NCBI GenBank assembly: GCA_965224485.1 | Contig: CBDCZH010000023.1 | Span: forward strand, 40,376-104,375 | Source: Arcobacteraceae bacterium | GTDB taxonomy: Bacteria > Campylobacterota > Campylobacteria > Campylobacterales > Arcobacteraceae | Direction of reading: 5' to 3' | DNA: 64,000 nt | In this document: positions 40,424 to 49,366 of the stretch, in pieces | Numbering within the stretch: position 1 is the first letter of the stretch | Layout of the letters: the number at the start of each line of letters is the position of its first letter | The notes under the pieces: model-generated | What the model saw: only the letters and a program-made list of their open reading frames with translations | Database searches by the model: none | Told to the model about the DNA's origin: nothing | Position numbers and translations under genes: made by a program

Positions 40424-40618
40424 GATTTACGTCTTTCTATGCTCAACAGTTGTAAGTGTCTTTAAAATAATACTTCAAACACCAAGTGTTGCACAATTAT
40501 TTATAATGTACTAACATCTCTTATTACTTTATATGTAATACTCACGAGTGCAAATACGAAGGCTGACACAAAAAGCCCAGTAAAAACACAGCTTTCTCTT
40601 TTTGAATATTTGTAAGGG

Positions 40619-41587
40619 TTAATCTAATAAACCCAAGGCTTCAACTCTTTGTTTTGCTAGAGTATATCTTGCTCGAACATCTTCTATTTGCTCTTTTGTT
40701 AATTTCACACCAAGAGTTCGAAGTCCTCCAACAGCATCATTATGATGAATTCCCATTGCAAACTTAAGGTATTCCATAAGCAGCGGCTGACCATCAAGAT
40801 ATGAAATAGAGTTCATAGCCTGAGAAACTTTAAAAGCCTCTGCCCATTCTCCTTTTAAAACATACTCCTGCATAGTAACACTAGCTTTTGGGAAGATAGT
40901 ACCTACACCTGTAATACCACCGCATGCTCCAGCAAGTCCAGCATATACAGTAACAGTATCAACACCTGCCAAGATTTTTAAATCTTTGTTCTGCAACATT
41001 AGTGTTTCAATAGTTGAAACATCAATAGTTGATATTTTAAGAGCAACTACTTCAGGTAGCTTAGCTAGTTTTCTAAGAGTATCTATTGAGATCGCATGAT
41101 ATCCGGCTGCATCAGGGTTGTTGTAAGGCATAATTGTTACTCCTGCCTCTTTTGCAGCTGTTGCAGCAAGAGCATAGTACGCATACATATCTTCATTTGA
41201 AGGAAGATCTAACGTTTTTGGAGGCATAACCATAACTGTATCTACACCAACCGTTGCTAGTCCTGCAATGATTTTAGCAATCTCTTCTTTAGTTTCTGCC
41301 ACAGCTCCACTGATCAATGGAACATTATATTTTTTAGCAACGCAAGAAAGGGATTTAAGTAGTGAGAGACGCTGTTCGCGACTTAGGTAACTATTCTCAC
41401 CTAAAGTACCAGAAGCAACAAGTCCGCCCATTCTGCTTCCGCCCTTTCCTTCCGCTTTTAAAACATATTCAGCCTGTCTTCGTGTTTCATCAAAGTCAAT
41501 TTCAATGGCACCGGATTCTGACTCTTTTAGCCATGTAAACACGGCGGGCATAACTGTATAAAGCCAATCTGTATTAGTTGTTTCCAT
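40619..41587 (-). CDS. Dihydrodipicolinate synthase/N-acetylneuraminate lyase family protein, predicted pyrroline-4-hydroxy-2-carboxylate deaminase
   Basis: 322 aa. GTLGENSYLSREQR (GTTGE-like), PLISGAVAETKEE, MPYNNP, Schiff-base Lys context VVALKIST. Sampled 60-nt lines are 40-45% GC versus 23-30% in neighbouring genes. Confidence 0.7.
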   Translation of the reverse strand: METTNTDWLYTVMPAVFTWLKESESGAIEIDFDETRRQAEYVLKAEGKGGSRMGGLVASGTLGENSYLSREQRLSLLKSLSCVAKKYNVPLISGAVAETKEEIAKIIAGLATVGVDTVMVMPPKTLDLPSNEDMYAYYALAATAAKEAGVTIMPYNNPDAAGYHAISIDTLRKLAKLPEVVALKISTIDVSTIETLMLQNKDLKILAGVDTVTVYAGLAGACGGITGVGTIFPKASVTMQEYVLKGEWAEAFKVSQAMNSISYLDGQPLLMEYLKFAMGIHHNDAVGGLRTLGVKLTKEQIEDVRARYTLAKQRVEALGLLD

Positions 41588-41641
41588 TATCTTACCTTTT
41601 GTTTAAAAATTAAATCAAATAAATTATTTGATTTAATCCTT

Positions 41642-41765
41642 TTAACTTAGTTTAATTTTTTTGTTTGTATCATGGTTATTAATATATTCGTGATATATTA
41701 ATTGATATATCAGCAGTATATCACATCTATTTTTATTTTAAACTTAAAAAAATCTTAAATTAAAG
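41642..41765. promoter_or_regulatory. Promoter/operator module copy B (divergent region between DapA-family gene and EamA gene)
   Basis: Shares TTTAATTTTTTTGTTT(C/G)TATCAT, CGTGATATAT, GTATATCACA(G/T)CTATTTTT and ACTTAAAA..TTAAATTAAA with copy A. Contains the 10-bp palindrome TGATATATCA (41703-41712). Confidence 0.55.
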
Positions 41766-41777
41766 AAAAGAGTATCT

Positions 41778-42701
41778 ATGGAAAATTTTGATATTAAAAA
41801 TCAAAAGCAAGCTTATATTTACGCACTAATAGCCGTTTTCCTTTGGTCTAGTGTTGCAAGTGTTTTTAAAATCACACTTGCAATATTAAGTGTAGCCCAG
41901 CTTGTTTTATACTCTGTACTAACATCTGTTATAGTATTATTAATTCTAGTACTTATTAAAAAACTGCATAAAGAAGTAATAAGTCATTTTAAAAAACACT
42001 TTAAACTTATACTTCTTTTAGGTATTTTAAATCCTTTTTTACAATATATAATTTTATTTAAAGCTTATGACCTCTTACCAGTTCAAGAAGCCCAAACAAT
42101 TAATTTTACTTGGGCTTTAATGCTTACATATTTAAGTATTCCACTTTTAGGTCATAAAGCAAAGTTTACTGATTTACTTGCAGGTTTTATTTGTTATTTT
42201 GGAGTTTTAATTATTGCAACAAAAGGTCATCCCTTCTCTTTGGAGTTCTCAAACCTATATGGAGTATTTTTAGCCTTATTAACAACAGTTATTTGGTCTT
42301 TATATTGGATATTTAATACAAAACTAAAAGTTAAGCCAATAGTTGGGCTTTTTTGTAATTTTGTTATTGCTTTACCTTTTGTTTTAATATACTTTACATA
42401 TGTAGAAGATTTTTCTCTTATTCCTTTAAAAGGTTTAGGTGGGGCCATTTACATTGGTTTATTTGAAATGAGTATTACTTTTATGTTTTGGTTACAAGCT
42501 ATGAAACTAACTACTTCAACGGCAAAAATAGCAAACTTGATTTTTATAGCACCTTTTTTATCTTTAATATTTATATATTTTTTAGTAGGAGAAGAAATTT
42601 TATACTCAACGATTATTGGTTTAATTCTTATAGTTATAGGTTTATTAGTACAACAAGCAAATACAATAAAACAAAAATTTAAAAAAAATAAAACTATTTA
42701 A
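41778..42701 (+). CDS. EamA/DMT family transporter
   Basis: 307 aa, 10 TM segments. Confidence 0.75.
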   Translation: MENFDIKNQKQAYIYALIAVFLWSSVASVFKITLAILSVAQLVLYSVLTSVIVLLILVLIKKLHKEVISHFKKHFKLILLLGILNPFLQYIILFKAYDLLPVQEAQTINFTWALMLTYLSIPLLGHKAKFTDLLAGFICYFGVLIIATKGHPFSLEFSNLYGVFLALLTTVIWSLYWIFNTKLKVKPIVGLFCNFVIALPFVLIYFTYVEDFSLIPLKGLGGAIYIGLFEMSITFMFWLQAMKLTTSTAKIANLIFIAPFLSLIFIYFLVGEEILYSTIIGLILIVIGLLVQQANTIKQKFKKNKTI

Positions 42702-43476
42702 TAAAATATCTTCCTTTATTGCTTTGAAGTTCTAAAGGAAGATCAAAAACTTCAGATATATTTTGGCTTGTTAAAATATCTTCTTTTAAACCTTGTTTAT
42801 ATATTTTATTCTTGGCTATTAAAGCTATATTAGTAATTTCACTTATAATTTCTTCTATATGATGGGTTATAACAATAATTGTTAATTTTTTTGATAGTTT
42901 TTTCATTAAAGCTAAAAACTCTCTTTGTGCTTTTATATCTAATCCACTTGTTGGTTCATCTAATAATAAAGCCTTAGGATCAAAGATAAGGGCTCTTGCT
43001 ATTAAACACTTACGTAATTCACCAGTTGACATATGACGTACTTTTTTATCTCTTAAATACTCTATATTTAAGTACTGTATAATTTCATTTGTTTTTTCAT
43101 CTTGTTGCTTGGTATATATATGATGTTTTTGCTTACCTAAAGAAGCATAAAAAGATGAGCGAATTAGTTCAAAAGCACTTGCATTATTACAATGATAATA
43201 AAACTCATTTTGTAAGTCATTACTAACTATTCCTAAATGTTTTTTAAGTTCAAAAATATCCCAAGTATCTTTTTCAAATATTTTTTTAGTAAAGGTATAA
43301 TGAGTATTGGGATACAAATCATTTGAAATTAGTTTTAAAAAAGTAGATTTACCAGAACCATTTGCTCCTAGTATACACCAATGTTCACCCTCTTTAATCT
43401 TTATATTTATATTTTGTAGAACTAAATATCTATAATCATAACCTATATTTACATTTTTAAATTCCAAAATATTCAT
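42694..43476 (-). CDS. ABC transporter ATP-binding protein (orphan, ModF-like half)
   Basis: 260 aa, Walker A GANGSGKST, signature MSTGELRKCLIARA, Walker B LLLDEPTSGLD. No cognate permease is adjacent. Confidence 0.75.
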   Translation of the reverse strand: MNILEFKNVNIGYDYRYLVLQNINIKIKEGEHWCILGANGSGKSTFLKLISNDLYPNTHYTFTKKIFEKDTWDIFELKKHLGIVSNDLQNEFYYHCNNASAFELIRSSFYASLGKQKHHIYTKQQDEKTNEIIQYLNIEYLRDKKVRHMSTGELRKCLIARALIFDPKALLLDEPTSGLDIKAQREFLALMKKLSKKLTIIVITHHIEEIISEITNIALIAKNKIYKQGLKEDILTSQNISEVFDLPLELQSNKGRYFIK

Positions 43477-43564
43477 TTTATTCTCACTTAATTAAATTTT
43501 CTTAACTATTTTACTATTTTTATGTTAAAATCTGATATATTATAAATATATTAAAGGAAAAACA

Positions 43565-44413
43565 ATGACATACAAAAAATTATTCTTCCCTATTGGTGGA
43601 GGAGAAGAGCTTAGAGAGAGAATTCATGGTGCGTTAATTATTGGAAAATATTTCAATGCCCATTTAGAAATTTTTAAAGCGCAAGCAAAACCAAGCCAAA
43701 TAATGCATATTGATGAGAGTTTACCTGATACAATTTTAAGAGAATTAAATGCAATTGCCCAGCATAATCAAGAAAAAGATCTTCACAAACATGAAATAAT
43801 TTTTGAAGAAGAATTAAATAAAGTGGGCAATATCAACTCAAAAAAAGCCATCAAAGATAAGCCAAGTGCAAGTATAATTACAGGAGATGGTTATAGAAGT
43901 AAACTAATAGAACAAGAATCAAAATATTGTGATTTAGTTATTGTTTCTTCGCCTCATAATGGAAGATTAACAGCTACTTTTGAAACAACAGTAATAAAAA
44001 GTGGAAAACCAGCTTTAATGTTTCCAAGAGAAATGACAAGTTTTTCAACTAACAATATTTTAATAGCTTGGAATAATTCTCCTGAAGCCTCAAGAGCTTT
44101 AACAGAAGCTATTCCTCTTATGAAAGAAGCTAAAAAAGTACAGATAATAACATCAAAAGAATATTCTCCAACAGAGAAAAATATTAAAAAGCTACAAGAG
44201 TACTTAGAAATACATGATATTAGTACTACTTACGAAATAGTTAAAACTACTAAAACTCCTGGTGAAGCTTTATTAAAATATGCACAAAAAGGTAATTATG
44301 ATTTAATTATTGCAGGTGCTTTTGGACAAAAAGGTTTACGAGAACTTATGTTAGGTGGAACAACTAAATATATTTTAGAAAATAGTAATATTCCTATTTT
44401 TATGGCTCATTAA
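43565..44413 (+). CDS. Universal stress protein family (tandem Usp domains)
   Basis: 282 aa. The second domain ends with DLIIAGAFGQKGLRELMLGGTTKYILENSNIPIFMAH, the typical Usp ATP-binding tail G-x2-G-x9-G(S/T). Confidence 0.7.
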   Translation: MTYKKLFFPIGGGEELRERIHGALIIGKYFNAHLEIFKAQAKPSQIMHIDESLPDTILRELNAIAQHNQEKDLHKHEIIFEEELNKVGNINSKKAIKDKPSASIITGDGYRSKLIEQESKYCDLVIVSSPHNGRLTATFETTVIKSGKPALMFPREMTSFSTNNILIAWNNSPEASRALTEAIPLMKEAKKVQIITSKEYSPTEKNIKKLQEYLEIHDISTTYEIVKTTKTPGEALLKYAQKGNYDLIIAGAFGQKGLRELMLGGTTKYILENSNIPIFMAH

Positions 44414-44417
44414 GACT

Positions 44418-44448
44418 AAACTTAACTAATTTTTAATTAGTTAAGTTT
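44418..44448 (+). terminator. 14-bp AT-rich hairpin after the usp gene
   Basis: AAACTTAACTAATT-TTT-AATTAGTTAAGTTT beginning 5 nt after the stop. No clear U-tract. Confidence 0.4.
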
Positions 44449-44571
44449 AAAAACTCTCTTTAGTTTAGGCTACTTTTTAAAAATGTTTTTCCCTCTTCAT
44501 CTTTTAGAAATATTATGCCAAGATTTCAAAAAAAACTTTTTATTATAAATTAAAGATTTATATAAATTCTA

Positions 44572-45654
44572 TGGAATGACCCCACTTAACTAGACATTTA
44601 CTTACTCTGCAAAAACCTACTATTTTGAGATCATTTCATGATACCTTTTTTCAAATTCATTTGGAGAAATACTTCCCACATAACTATGTCTTCTTTTTGA
44701 ATTATAAAACATTTCAATATATTTAAATATCTTCGAACTTGCTTCTTTTCTTCTTTTAAACACTTCTTTTCTAACTAATTCTCTTTTTATTGTTTTGAAA
44801 AAACTTTCAGCCACTGCATTATCATAACAGTTACCACGTCTGCTCATACTTAGAGTGATATTATGACTTTTTGCTAAGTTAACGTTAGATTCATTTTTAC
44901 TTATTCTCAATACTGCTTTAGATAAAGCATTTTCAATTAAATCAGTAGTTTGTCTACTTCCTGTTGCCAACCTATTATTTTTCTATAAAATAAATCTAAT
45001 ACAGTTGCAAGATACAACCAGCCCTCATGTGTGCGAATGTAAGTAATATCACTAGGATTTGATGTATTAAAATATTGTTTTAAAAGATTTGAATGTGCTT
45101 TATGTATTGAACCAGCCATACTTCTAGGCTTTTTCTTATACATCATAATAACCACTTCGGCACCCCCAAGGGTATTTCTTTCAGGGCATGTACTTTCATT
45201 ACTTTACATAGTTTACTAATTCTATAAATTGAACTATGTTCTTTAATATAAAAATATTTTAATTTATGTGGCTTGCAAAGTACATGCTGTGAGTGAAAAG
45301 AGGAAATACTCTTGGGGTGCCGCGGCCTTTTTTAGTATGTCTCTCTCTCTCTTTCGTAACTCTTTTTAGCTCTTTATGAAGTTTTTTAATTTCTACATCT
45401 TTTAAATCTATTTCTTGATGCTTTTTTATTGCGTCAGGAGATTCTAATCTTTTAAATCTTTATTTACTACAAGTCTTAGAGCTGTTTCCCTGATACTATA
45501 TCCATTTTTAATAAATAATTTACTGCTTCTATTCTAAACTCTTCTGTATATTTTATTCTTCCCATTTTTAACCCTTTGCTTAAATAAAATGATTTAAATC
45601 ATTATTACATTAATTTACTAAATTAAGTTTGTCTATTTTTCTGGGGTCATTCCA
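44572..45654 (-). mobile_element. Degenerate IS3-family insertion sequence (orfA and orfB both disrupted and internally deleted)
   Basis: Terminal inverted repeats TGGAATGACCCCA......TAGACA at 44572-44596 and (reverse complement) 45630-45654. orfA starts at 45565 (MGRIKYTEEFRIEAVNYLLK..) with several frameshifts. orfB remnants are DITYIRTHEGWLYLATVLDLFYRKIIGW and SMSRRGNCYDNAVAESFFKTIKRE...FYNSKRRHSYVGSISPNEFE. The HSDRG region is missing. At ~1.08 kb it is short for IS3. No target duplication seen. Confidence 0.85.
45158..45333 (-). other. IS3-type programmed -1 frameshift signal: A AAA AAG heptamer plus long downstream hairpin
   Basis: Minus strand CTAAAAAAGGCCGCGGCACCCC (heptamer = plus 45327-45333), followed by imperfect inverted repeats. 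The outer pair is 45303-45322 with 45158-45178 and the inner pair is 45277-45287 with 45186-45196. Confidence 0.55.
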
Positions 45655-45781
45655 GTTTGGGGCTTTAAAGAAGAAAAGACAGTTTATGCCTAGCAACACT
45701 TCTTTGGAGGAATTGATATGCGACTTCATATATGAGAATAACTATAGCCCACATTCTTTGGATGAAATCAAATACTCTGAG

Positions 45782-45811
45782 CCCTTTGATTTTTTTAAAA
45801 AATCAAAGGGG
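45782..45811 (-). terminator. Terminator after the NhaC-family gene
   Basis: CCCCTTTGATTTTTT/AAAAAATCAAAGGGG, 15-bp perfect palindrome 8 nt after the stop. Confidence 0.6.
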
Positions 45812-45818
45812 TGCAGAA

Positions 45819-47249
45819 TTATTTTTTTACTTTCTTCAAATCCCTGCCATCTGTATACCATACAGCTGTATTTGTTAAAGCATATAATATAGCCAAAACA
45901 GGACAGATAAGTAAGAAAAATGCATATGGAGCATAATCAAGTGTTGCTATTCCTAATACACCTGCCGCAAATATTGCATCATTACCCCAAGGTACCAAAA
46001 ACGCAAATAGCGTACCACTATCTTCTAAGGTACGCGATAAAACTTTAGGATCAACTTTAAGGCGCTTATATTCAGGTCTCAATGTTTCTCCTGGAATGAT
46101 AATTGAAACATATTGGCTTGCACTTAACATATTTGTTGCAAGGCAAGAAAAAACTGTTATAATTATTAACCTTGCAGGAGTAGTAATCCATTTTTCTACA
46201 GATTTAAGTATGGCTTTTAGTACACCAGTACGATTTAGAATCTCTCCAAAAGCTAGAACTATCAAAGCAGTTGTAATAATCCATGCCATGCTACTAATCC
46301 CACCACGATTAAGTAATTTAGCAGTGTCAGCATTTGTAAACTCATAATCTAAACCTGTAAATAAAGCAACTATAACTTCTCTTGCAGAAAAAGACGGTTG
46401 GAAGATAAGCGCTACTACAGTAGCAATCATAGCACTAATAACCATTGCTGGAATTGCTGGAATTTTACGAGCAATCATAACAACTGTCAATATTGGAATT
46501 ACCAAAAACAGGGGACTTATAAGAAAAACAGAATCAATGTTTGCTAAAATGTCAGCAGCTTTAACTATTTGTATATCACTAGAAGCATCATATTGAAGAC
46601 CAATAAAACCAAATAGTAAAAGACTTATTAAAATGGCTGGTCCACCAGTATATAACATAGAATGAATATGAGTAAATAAAGGTGTTCCTGCAGTTGCCGC
46701 GGAAAGATTTGTTGTATCAGAAAATGGTGACATTTTATCACCAAAGAGTGCACCTGATATAATCATTCCGCCAGCTATTGGTAAAGGCACACCAATAGCC
46801 CCTGCAACTCCAACTAAAGCGACTCCCACAGTACCGATAGTACCAAATGATGTACCAGTAAAATATGATGTAAGGGAACACAAAATCAAACCCGTTACTA
46901 AGTATGTAGAGGGTGTTAAAAACGAAATCCCATAATATATAATACTTGGTATAATTCCACTAACAATCCATGACCCAATGATAAGACCAACGGCTAGGAA
47001 TATACCAACGATCAAAGAAGCGTTTTTAAAGCCATCTAAAATATATTTTTCAACATCTTTTAGTGTATTGCCAAGAAATACCGCAGCTGCTCCAAGATAT
47101 ATTAGACAAAGAATCAGCGTTCCTCGAGTAGGCAGTTTAAGCCAAAGTAAACATACCATAATTATAACCGTAACACCAGCTATTATTAAAAGTGCCCATT
47201 TTAAAGGTACCTTTTTTTTATTTTCTTCTATCACAATTTCTTCTTTCAT
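45819..47249 (-). CDS. NhaC family transporter (Na+/H+ or substrate antiporter)
   Basis: 476 aa, about 11-12 TM segments, glycine-rich helices typical of NhaC-type carriers. Sampled lines are 38-47% GC. Confidence 0.75.
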   Translation of the reverse strand: MKEEIVIEENKKKVPLKWALLIIAGVTVIIMVCLLWLKLPTRGTLILCLIYLGAAAVFLGNTLKDVEKYILDGFKNASLIVGIFLAVGLIIGSWIVSGIIPSIIYYGISFLTPSTYLVTGLILCSLTSYFTGTSFGTIGTVGVALVGVAGAIGVPLPIAGGMIISGALFGDKMSPFSDTTNLSAATAGTPLFTHIHSMLYTGGPAILISLLLFGFIGLQYDASSDIQIVKAADILANIDSVFLISPLFLVIPILTVVMIARKIPAIPAMVISAMIATVVALIFQPSFSAREVIVALFTGLDYEFTNADTAKLLNRGGISSMAWIITTALIVLAFGEILNRTGVLKAILKSVEKWITTPARLIIITVFSCLATNMLSASQYVSIIIPGETLRPEYKRLKVDPKVLSRTLEDSGTLFAFLVPWGNDAIFAAGVLGIATLDYAPYAFFLLICPVLAILYALTNTAVWYTDGRDLKKVKK

Positions 47250-47420
47250 TATAATCTCCTTAAAAATTATTAAAAATATAGAATCTACTATTCTAATATA
47301 AGCAAAAATATTTATGCTTGCTGCAATATATATATCTCCGGATCATCATTAGAAGTGTCCATTTTAAGGCATACTTCTTTCTTCTTCCTCTTTTTCCCTC
47401 ATAACTCCTTATAAATTATT

Positions 47421-48149
47421 TTAATAAATAGAATTTACCATACTCATATAATCAAAAACTATTACACCTGTTTCATCATATATATCTTGAGCAAATGGAG
47501 GTAAATCTGTACATTCAAGCAAAATTGCACCTATGTTTTCGTTTTCCTTACATGCTTTCATAGATATACCAACCACATCTTTTTTTATTAAATCTAAATC
47601 TAAACCTTCTTGCGAATGTAAATGAATTTTTTTCCATTCAGATGCATTTTCCAAACCATAAACTTTAATTCTGTGCTTATTTTCCACGTTAACACCTGCA
47701 ATTTCCAAATGTTTGTCACTTAATGATTGTTTATTTGCAGTAATAATAGCGATACTTTTATCGCCAATTGCATTTAAGATAAAAGGTATTTGCAATAAAG
47801 CCGAACTAAAAATTGGTATTGGCGATGCTTTAGATAGTTGTTGCTGAAATATTATATTAAAACCACAACTAGTAAAAATTCCTTTGACATTATGCTTATC
47901 AACACCATTTTGACTATATATATTTTTTGCTTGTTCAATCATGTTTTGTACTACTATTTGTGAAGGTTCAACTATCACAGTTTTATAATTTGCCTTGTCA
48001 ATTTGAATAAACTCAACAGCACAAGCATAGCTAGATGGATTCATACTATTACCCTTAAGAGTCGCTAGTTTATCTAGCCCCTTAGGATTACCCCCATCTT
48101 CCCAACAAAAAACAACTAATTTATCTCTCATATCTTTTGACACTTTCAT
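47421..48149 (-). CDS. Asp/Glu/hydantoin racemase superfamily protein
   Basis: Start set to ATG 48149 (ATGA overlap with the upstream stop; the track start is 48164). Two Cys motifs sit in the expected places: IFTSCGFN and AILLECTDLPPF (compare GCTELP of Asp racemases). Confidence 0.6.
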   Translation of the reverse strand: MKVSKDMRDKLVVFCWEDGGNPKGLDKLATLKGNSMNPSSYACAVEFIQIDKANYKTVIVEPSQIVVQNMIEQAKNIYSQNGVDKHNVKGIFTSCGFNIIFQQQLSKASPIPIFSSALLQIPFILNAIGDKSIAIITANKQSLSDKHLEIAGVNVENKHRIKVYGLENASEWKKIHLHSQEGLDLDLIKKDVVGISMKACKENENIGAILLECTDLPPFAQDIYDETGVIVFDYMSMVNSIY

Positions 48150-49366
48150 AGTTTTCCATCCCAATTCTTTTCATAAATATCATATGTTAAAGAACGCCTT
48201 TCTAGTTGTTTAAAATATTCTTCAATATTAATATCTATAGGACAAAGTAAACCTGGAGTATTGATTTTATTTTCTAAAATCATCGTACATCCTATTGATG
48301 CTGAAAAGCTTACAGTTCTTTGCATAGCCGATAAATTTTGCTCATGATTAAATGTATCTAGCATTTGTAATATAAAATGTTTTTTCTCTCCATTTTTAAT
48401 GCCCTTAACCTCGACCCTAACAATTACGGCATCAGATTCATTTTTTTTATAGAAAAATTGATCTTGACTGGCAAGCAAGCTAGCACAAAATTCGTCAGGC
48501 TTAACCATTACGCCATTGACATCAATTTCCTTATCTCCTAAAAAGCCACATTTAGCCATTTTTTCCCAAAAATCACCATGACCTGCCCAACGACAAATAT
48601 ATCGCCCCATTTCTTTCAAGCTATCACCTAAGCCAAATCTAGATATATAAGAGACAGCATTACCATTACAAAAACATTCTAGCTCTTCATCAAATTCTGC
48701 TATTTGTAAATTATGTCTATTTGCTTTAGAAAATATTTCATCCTTATTAATAGTCTTAACTTTTCCATCTTTTAATATAGTTGCAGGTCGCAAGTAAGAT
48801 TTTATAACGCCTATAATTGACCAAGTGAATTTGTATTTAAGCGGGTTATTTGCCACATCTAAATCAGGAAAACCAGCACCATAAGAATGCATAGAATGGA
48901 CTTCGTCTAGTTGGCTGATTGCCATTTTTCCCATGGCAAGATCTATACCTGGATCCATTCCAAACTCTTCTAATATTATTACATTGTTTTTAACGGCTTG
49001 CTCTTTAATTTTTGTGACTCGTTTTTGTTTTTCAACATCATTTGCAAATGATGGATTGTTCACATAACTTGTAGTAAGCAAATTAACTCCTAGTTTTACA
49101 GCAAGCTCTGCCATATCCAAGGTAAATTGTGGAGGAAATAGCTCAATAACAACATCATGAGCTTTCATAAGTTCAGTTATTTTAGTGATATCATCACCTC
49201 TTGCATGAACTGATACTATTCTATCATCAGCGAGATCTATGCAATCATTATGAAAATTGTCATAACAATCTACTATTGTTAATTGAGAAAATTTCCCATG
49301 TTTTAATAAATCATAAACACAACCTTTCCCTTGCATTCCGTAACCTAATTGTAAAATTTTTGACAT
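48146..49366 (-). CDS. Saccharopine dehydrogenase-like NAD(P)-dependent oxidoreductase
   Basis: 406 aa. N-terminal Rossmann MSKILQLGYGMQGKG, C-terminal saccharopine-DH-like domain. Sampled line ~40% GC. Confidence 0.65.
   Translation of the reverse strand: MSKILQLGYGMQGKGCVYDLLKHGKFSQLTIVDCYDNFHNDCIDLADDRIVSVHARGDDITKITELMKAHDVVIELFPPQFTLDMAELAVKLGVNLLTTSYVNNPSFANDVEKQKRVTKIKEQAVKNNVIILEEFGMDPGIDLAMGKMAISQLDEVHSMHSYGAGFPDLDVANNPLKYKFTWSIIGVIKSYLRPATILKDGKVKTINKDEIFSKANRHNLQIAEFDEELECFCNGNAVSYISRFGLGDSLKEMGRYICRWAGHGDFWEKMAKCGFLGDKEIDVNGVMVKPDEFCASLLASQDQFFYKKNESDAVIVRVEVKGIKNGEKKHFILQMLDTFNHEQNLSAMQRTVSFSASIGCTMILENKINTPGLLCPIDINIEEYFKQLERRSLTYDIYEKNWDGKL

Noticed and set aside
45340-45351. 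(TC)6 microsatellite.
   Set aside because: It lies inside the already degenerate IS3 orfA, in the region encoding ..KERER... It has no independent functional implication.
45629-45892. 87-aa plus-strand ORF.
   Set aside because: It starts inside the right inverted repeat of the IS3 remnant, crosses the terminator palindrome and ends inside the NhaC-family gene on the opposite strand. It is a chance ORF.
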